A stretch of DNA of 55,181 nucleotides from an uncultured Candidatus Saccharibacteria bacterium (GTDB taxonomy: Bacteria; Patescibacteriota; Minisyncoccia; Minisyncoccales; UBA5738): contig CAZUST010000002.1 in NCBI GenBank assembly GCA_964623335.1, forward strand, positions 12,867 through 68,047, given 5' to 3'. A model generated the notes under the pieces. The model saw only the letters and a program-made list of their open reading frames with translations, was not told where the DNA came from and made no database searches. The position numbers were made by a program, and so were the translations under genes. Of this stretch, positions 51,554 through 55,181 are shown piece by piece. How positions within the stretch are numbered: the first letter of the stretch is position 1; the number at the start of each line of letters is the position of its first letter.

Positions 51554-51970
51554 TTACTTGGTTTCCAGGTAGTCGCGTATTTTTTGGAGATTGTCTTTTT
51601 TTGTGGTGGCCTCGATCTTGATACTGGTGGGTGCTTTCTGGATCACGATCTTCTCTTGCGCGGTTACCAATTGGTTGGGCAGTTCGAAATTTTTCCATAA
51701 AAATATTTGGGGCGACGTCGCAAACATTATATAGTGTTGGATTACTGTCGGCAGGCTGATTCCGTCCATTTTTACGAATGCCAAAGCGCACGAAATACCC
51801 TCAACAATCGCGATCAGGGCGATTGCCAAAGGCATTGCGCTTTCCGCCATGGGCAAATAAATCAAAAAAGAAATGGTCGTCCCCACCCCGACGAATCCAA
51901 ATTGTTTTAAAGTTAACGGGCCGACGATTTTGGCCTCCATGTCGATGAATTGGGGCAGTACGAAATTCAT
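51554..51970 (-). CDS. PrgI-family (VirB3-like) membrane protein
   Basis: N-terminus VLPQFIDMEAKIVGPLTLKQFGFVG followed by two hydrophobic helices, the pattern of PrgI-family proteins. Confidence 0.65.
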   Translation of the reverse strand: MNFVLPQFIDMEAKIVGPLTLKQFGFVGVGTTISFLIYLPMAESAMPLAIALIAIVEGISCALAFVKMDGISLPTVIQHYIMFATSPQIFLWKNFELPNQLVTAQEKIVIQKAPTSIKIEATTKKDNLQKIRDYLETK

Positions 51971-52024
51971 GGAAGATTATAAATTAATCTCTGATTACAA
52001 TTAATTATATCACAAAAACAATGT

Positions 52025-52055
52025 TGCAAAAACCGCCCCGGTCAAGAGGCGGTTT
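52025..52055 (-). terminator. Rho-independent terminator upstream of the PrgI-like gene
   Basis: aaaccgcc/ggcggttt stem with a 10-nt loop, followed on the minus strand by TTTTTGC. Confidence 0.55.
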
Positions 52056-52093
52056 GCAAAGCTGTACTCGATTTTATTTTCCCGTCAGGAGAT

Positions 52094-52177
52094 CTCGGGG
52101 TTTTGCCCGGGGGATGAATGGCGGGGAATCAAACTTATCGCGTCGCCCAAGGCGGCGCGATAAGTTTGATTCCGAGG
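52094..52177. repeat. Family-A repeat, single unit with perfect 18-bp stem
   Basis: ggaatcaaacttatcgcg / cgcgataagtttgattcc around the tcgcccaaggcgg loop, preceded by the ctcggggttttgcccgggggatgaatggcgg module. Confidence 0.85.
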
Positions 52178-52180
52178 ACA

Positions 52181-52290
52181 GACCCGGAATAAGCCCTTGG
52201 AAGCCGATAGATGAGGATTCCTTAGCTGCTTTGCGAGTACTTTTGCAAAAAAAGCATTTGATGCCGCGCTCGCGTCATTCGCTTCGCTAA
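52181..52290 (+). repeat. Family-B conserved non-coding element, copy 2
   Basis: Same ordered conserved blocks as 48452-48575 and the same orientation. Identity by eye is about two thirds. Confidence 0.7.
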
Positions 52291-52329
52291 GGCCGTTGGC
52301 CGTGGTTTCAGACCGCGGCCGGTGAAACA

Positions 52330-52427
52330 CCTATGAAAAATATATTTGGTCGCGATCACTTCGGGCTCCTCGTTGATTGTGTGAATCTGGGCCTATGAAA
52401 AATATATTTGGTCGCGATCACTTCGGG
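52330..52427 (+). repeat. Perfect 36-bp direct repeat, two copies, 26-bp spacer
   Basis: cctatgaaaaatatatttggtcgcgatcacttcggg at 52330-52365 and 52392-52427. The second copy overlaps the last codons and stop of ORF 52418-52786. Confidence 0.9.
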
Positions 52428-52786
52428 GGCTCCGGCGCGGCGATCGGCGCGGCCGGGGATTGCGTGTCCTTTGAATATAATTTTTCGATCGATTCCCGGT
52501 GCGGCATGATTAAAAAATGGTCAATCTCGTAAAATATTTGTTTGGTTCCGTTTTTTCCTTCAATTCTTTTCCCCACTTCCTCTAAAAATTTATCGAGAGG
52601 CAGGATTCCTAGGTAAACACTCAATATTCTGTCGATCAGGAAGCTGAAAAGTTCCGGGATTTTGTTTCGTTCGCAAATCGCCTCCGCGTTTTCGCCGGTT
52701 TCTCCGGCGTAAATCGCGTCCTGCAGGTCCTCCGGCAATTTTTGGAAAAGTTCGTCAAATTGCTCATGGGTAAGGTCGGTAATCAT
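52418..52786 (-). CDS. Hypothetical protein (122 aa, acidic, Pro/Ala-rich tail)
   Basis: Uninterrupted ORF with an ATG start. No motif recognised. Confidence 0.5.
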   Translation of the reverse strand: MITDLTHEQFDELFQKLPEDLQDAIYAGETGENAEAICERNKIPELFSFLIDRILSVYLGILPLDKFLEEVGKRIEGKNGTKQIFYEIDHFLIMPHRESIEKLYSKDTQSPAAPIAAPEPPK

Positions 52787-52905
52787 TTTTTGTATAGGAA
52801 ATAAAGTATTTATTTATTATAACATCACCGCCGCAAGTCATACACGTTGACTTTATTTAAAAAAATGATATAACAAACAACAAAACCAAATAAGGGGTGA
52901 TAAAG

Positions 52906-53337
52906 GTGGATATTAAATCAGCCATGGACCAATGGAATAATGTGGCTTTGTATCTTGCCGCCTTCGTTGTTGGATTTGGATACTTTTGCTACCAATCGAA
53001 CGATTTTACCAATTACCTGCCCTGGCTGGAAACTGCCGCCGAAGTCCTAATCCCTATATATATATTATCCATGGTGCTATTGTTTTTGTACCATCGTGGA
53101 TATAATAATTGGGTCGTTGTTTGTCTGGGTCGCTTTACGGTATTCTTGATAGCCCTAGATCTTATATTGGTCGCCAATTATATTGTAAGTGGCCGATACA
53201 AGGACGGTGTAGACCTTGTGGGCGGGTTCATGGATATGGATTTCGGTTGGCCGATTGTCGGCGTGCTGGTGGTGTTCGCGGTCGTGGTGTTTCACTATCG
53301 TAAGAATTCATGGGGTTTGCGCAAAGATAAAAAGTAG
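52906..53337 (+). CDS. Hypothetical four-TM membrane protein
   Basis: Hydrophobic ORF. GTG at 52906 lies 8 nt after AAGGGG; the ORF track starts at a GTG at 52897. Confidence 0.5.
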   Translation: MDIKSAMDQWNNVALYLAAFVVGFGYFCYQSNDFTNYLPWLETAAEVLIPIYILSMVLLFLYHRGYNNWVVVCLGRFTVFLIALDLILVANYIVSGRYKDGVDLVGGFMDMDFGWPIVGVLVVFAVVVFHYRKNSWGLRKDKK

Positions 53338-53518
53338 GCGCAACTCTTTTTTTATACCATACTTAACCTTGACATATCTATTTTTTTTTGTATAATAACG
53401 CCAGTATTCGCCCTTGTTTTTTTGGGCATCAAAATTTCATATTCCGTTTGAACATATTCCGTTTAAATCTGGCGTCGGCTGAAGAGTGAAAAGAGCATAA
53501 AGAATGAGGTGATGTTGT

Positions 53519-54970
53519 ATGGTAACTTGGAATGATCTGATTGCTTCAATCGGGCCGTCATCTTTAACAATACCCCGCTTGGGGTGGATGGCTTGGGTTG
53601 CGATAGGTTTTGTTGTGATCATTGGCGGCGTGCTTTATAGCATAAAGCACGGTAGGATCTTGGTTAACCCGCCGCCGTATTTCGGTTGCGCGATTAATCG
53701 TGACCCTTTTCCGTCGATAGCAAAGAGAGAATACCGTGATCCGCGTACCGGGAAGCACGAAGAAATAACGGTAATTGTGAATGGAGTAGAACAAAAGATA
53801 TTGAAGACTGAAAAATATTGGGAACCCCACGGTTTGTATGTTGGGTCAAAGATCAATTACCCGGGCCATTTCGTCGATCAAAACGATTGGATTGTCCCAA
53901 GTCGCTGTCGGCACGACTCCGAAACCGGCCGTGATAATCCCGAAATCGATAAAGATAAAGATGTGCCGGACGAGCCGTCTTCGGGCACCGCGGCAACTCC
54001 GGTTGTACGCTTAACGCGAAGAATAAAAAAGGTTTTTCGCAATATCAGAATTGATTTCGAGGAAAAATTCGGTTACCAGTATATTGGTAACTGGTGGTTC
54101 GTTGAGTGGGCCGCCACGCACGACTGGATTTGGTGGGAGCGAGGCGCCGATGGTATCCCCTTCCGCCGCCGCAATCGCCAGCGGTATTTCCCGCTGGCGG
54201 TTAAGACGAGCGCGGTCGAAATAGAAGGAGAGTTAATCGATGCGTTCGGCTTTCCGTGGAAAGCCGAAGTATCGGTGCAAACCAAGATCCGCAACATCGG
54301 GATTGCGGTGATTAAGGTACCGGACTCGATGGACCAGCTTATCAAGCTTGTCCGGGGTAATATTACGGAGGCGTGGCAGTCCCTTGCGATCATTGATTAT
54401 GAGGGGCTGAAAGAACAAATAAAAACCGTTAACGGCAAAATCATTCCGCCCACGCCGAATCAGGTATCCGCGGTGGCCGGCCAATCGGAGGCCAAGATTG
54501 GCGCCAATACGCACATCCAAAAGTTGCTTTTCCAATACCTTTGCGACAGCGGAGAATGGACCCGGATTATGAACCAGCTTGGCCGTGAGGTTGTTGCCAT
54601 CATCGTCGAGGGCAAGAGTCTTGCGGGTGGTTATGCCGAAGCGATTGCTAAGGTCAGAAAGGCTGAGCTTAGCAAGCAGGAAATGATCACGCTTTCCGAG
54701 GGGGAAAAGCAATCGATGATCAATATCGCCAAGGGCATGGCCGCACAAATTAAAAAAGTTGCCGCAGGTGGGGCCGCGGCAATCTCCATGGTTGAGTCGG
54801 GTATGTTTAACGAAAATGTTCCGCCCATGGATCCTATTCAAAAATTGGTTACTGCGACTCTGTATCCGGATGTGGCAAAGATTCAGAGAGAGATTCAGAG
54901 AGCAGGAACAGAAAAAAAGAAAGAACCTAATGCTTCGGGAGGTGGCGTGAAGAAAAACAGAAAAGTTTAG
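53519..54970 (+). CDS. Membrane-anchored protein with divergent SPFH/band-7-like core and Ala/Lys-rich coiled-coil tail
   Basis: GAGGTGA RBS 7 nt upstream. One TM (WMAWVAIGFVVIIGGVLY). A region AVKTSAVEIEGELIDAFGFPWKAEVSVQTKIRNIGIAVIKV, then AEAIAKVRKAELSKQE...IAKGMAAQIKKVAAGG, reminiscent of SPFH proteins. Confidence 0.45.
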   Translation: MVTWNDLIASIGPSSLTIPRLGWMAWVAIGFVVIIGGVLYSIKHGRILVNPPPYFGCAINRDPFPSIAKREYRDPRTGKHEEITVIVNGVEQKILKTEKYWEPHGLYVGSKINYPGHFVDQNDWIVPSRCRHDSETGRDNPEIDKDKDVPDEPSSGTAATPVVRLTRRIKKVFRNIRIDFEEKFGYQYIGNWWFVEWAATHDWIWWERGADGIPFRRRNRQRYFPLAVKTSAVEIEGELIDAFGFPWKAEVSVQTKIRNIGIAVIKVPDSMDQLIKLVRGNITEAWQSLAIIDYEGLKEQIKTVNGKIIPPTPNQVSAVAGQSEAKIGANTHIQKLLFQYLCDSGEWTRIMNQLGREVVAIIVEGKSLAGGYAEAIAKVRKAELSKQEMITLSEGEKQSMINIAKGMAAQIKKVAAGGAAAISMVESGMFNENVPPMDPIQKLVTATLYPDVAKIQREIQRAGTEKKKEPNASGGGVKKNRKV

Positions 54971-54999
54971 GTTCGGCATAAATATGTCGGACCTTTTTT
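54970..54999 (+). terminator. Terminator after the SPFH-like gene
   Basis: ggttcgg/tcggacc stem (two G-U pairs) followed by TTTTTTA. Confidence 0.5.
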
Positions 55000-55181
55000 A
55001 TTTCCCCGCCGGAATACCTCGGGGCTTTGCTCCGGGAATGAATGGCGGGGAATCAAACTACCACAGCGCCTTGAGCGCGCGGTAGTTTATTTCCCCGCCG
55101 GAATACCTCGGGGCTTTGCTCCGGGAATGAATGGCGGGGAATCAAACTACCACAGCGCCTTGAGCGCGCGGTAGTTTGTCC
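54999..55181. repeat. Family-A mosaic repeat: two tandem units (period 89 nt) running off the window end
   Basis: ttccccgccggaatacctcggggctttgctccgggaatgaatggcggggaatcaaactaccacagcgccttgagcgcgcggtagttt is repeated from 55002 and from 55091. Confidence 0.9.

Noticed and set aside
51330-51791. 153-aa minus-strand ORF spanning the PrgI-like gene end and the 365-bp gap.
   Set aside because: Its upstream half overlaps the PrgI-like gene out of frame. The product is Arg-rich and low-complexity. Only its last ~70 codons lie in free space, with no convincing start or RBS.
52330-52427. Two perfect 36-bp repeats with a 26-bp spacer look like a mini-CRISPR.
   Set aside because: There are only two copies. 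The second overlaps the end of a coding sequence. Similarity continues past the repeat into the spacer side. There are no cas genes. A local tandem duplication or family-B-related element fits better.
54233-54979. 248-aa minus-strand ORF opposite the SPFH-like gene.
   Set aside because: It is entirely contained in the plus-strand ORF, which has an RBS, a TM helix and a coiled-coil tail. The antisense product is Arg/Leu/Asn-rich and looks like a chance frame.

Overview
55,181-nt chromosomal fragment that looks like a small-genome, Patescibacteria/CPR-like bacterium. That assignment is an inference from gene content and compact housekeeping genes. The genetic code appears standard, with TGA used as a stop. 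Layout: (i) 194-12042 is an almost uninterrupted minus-strand lipid cluster: birA, accB, accC, two plsC paralogues, fabK, a FabZ-FabK fusion, cfa, fabG, a DUF35/DUF362 fusion and an archaeal-type thiolase, plus a DUF359 dephospho-CoA-kinase-like gene on the plus strand. No ACP, FabD, FabH/F or carboxyltransferase gene is present in the window. (ii) 12.0-19.0 kb looks accessory: tRNA-Arg, a repeat-flanked MFS-like + GT2 pair, a membrane-sensor/HAMP-OtsA fusion, and a wHTH-HATPase + DUF4325 pair. (iii) 19-48.4 kb holds housekeeping genes (S1, ftsH, rplS, infB, rbfA, murE-like, rpsT, holA, two-component genes, 5'-3' exonuclease, tsaE, pilB-like ATPase, yebC, ruvC, tyrS, PBP1A), seven more tRNAs, and the origin neighbourhood dnaN-dnaA / DnaA boxes / rpmH-rnpA-yidC-jag. 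(iv) 48.5-52.0 kb is a minimal type-IV-secretion-like module (PrgI-like, 216-aa ORF, VirB4-like ATPase) bracketed by a second repeat family. (v) 52.4-55.0 kb has three poorly characterised genes, including an SPFH-like protein. A mosaic palindromic repeat family (family A) occupies seven intergenic loci and both window ends. No rRNA, CRISPR array, cas gene, transposase or integrase was recognised. All calls come from reading the sequence and ORF translations by eye; no searches or structure predictions were run.
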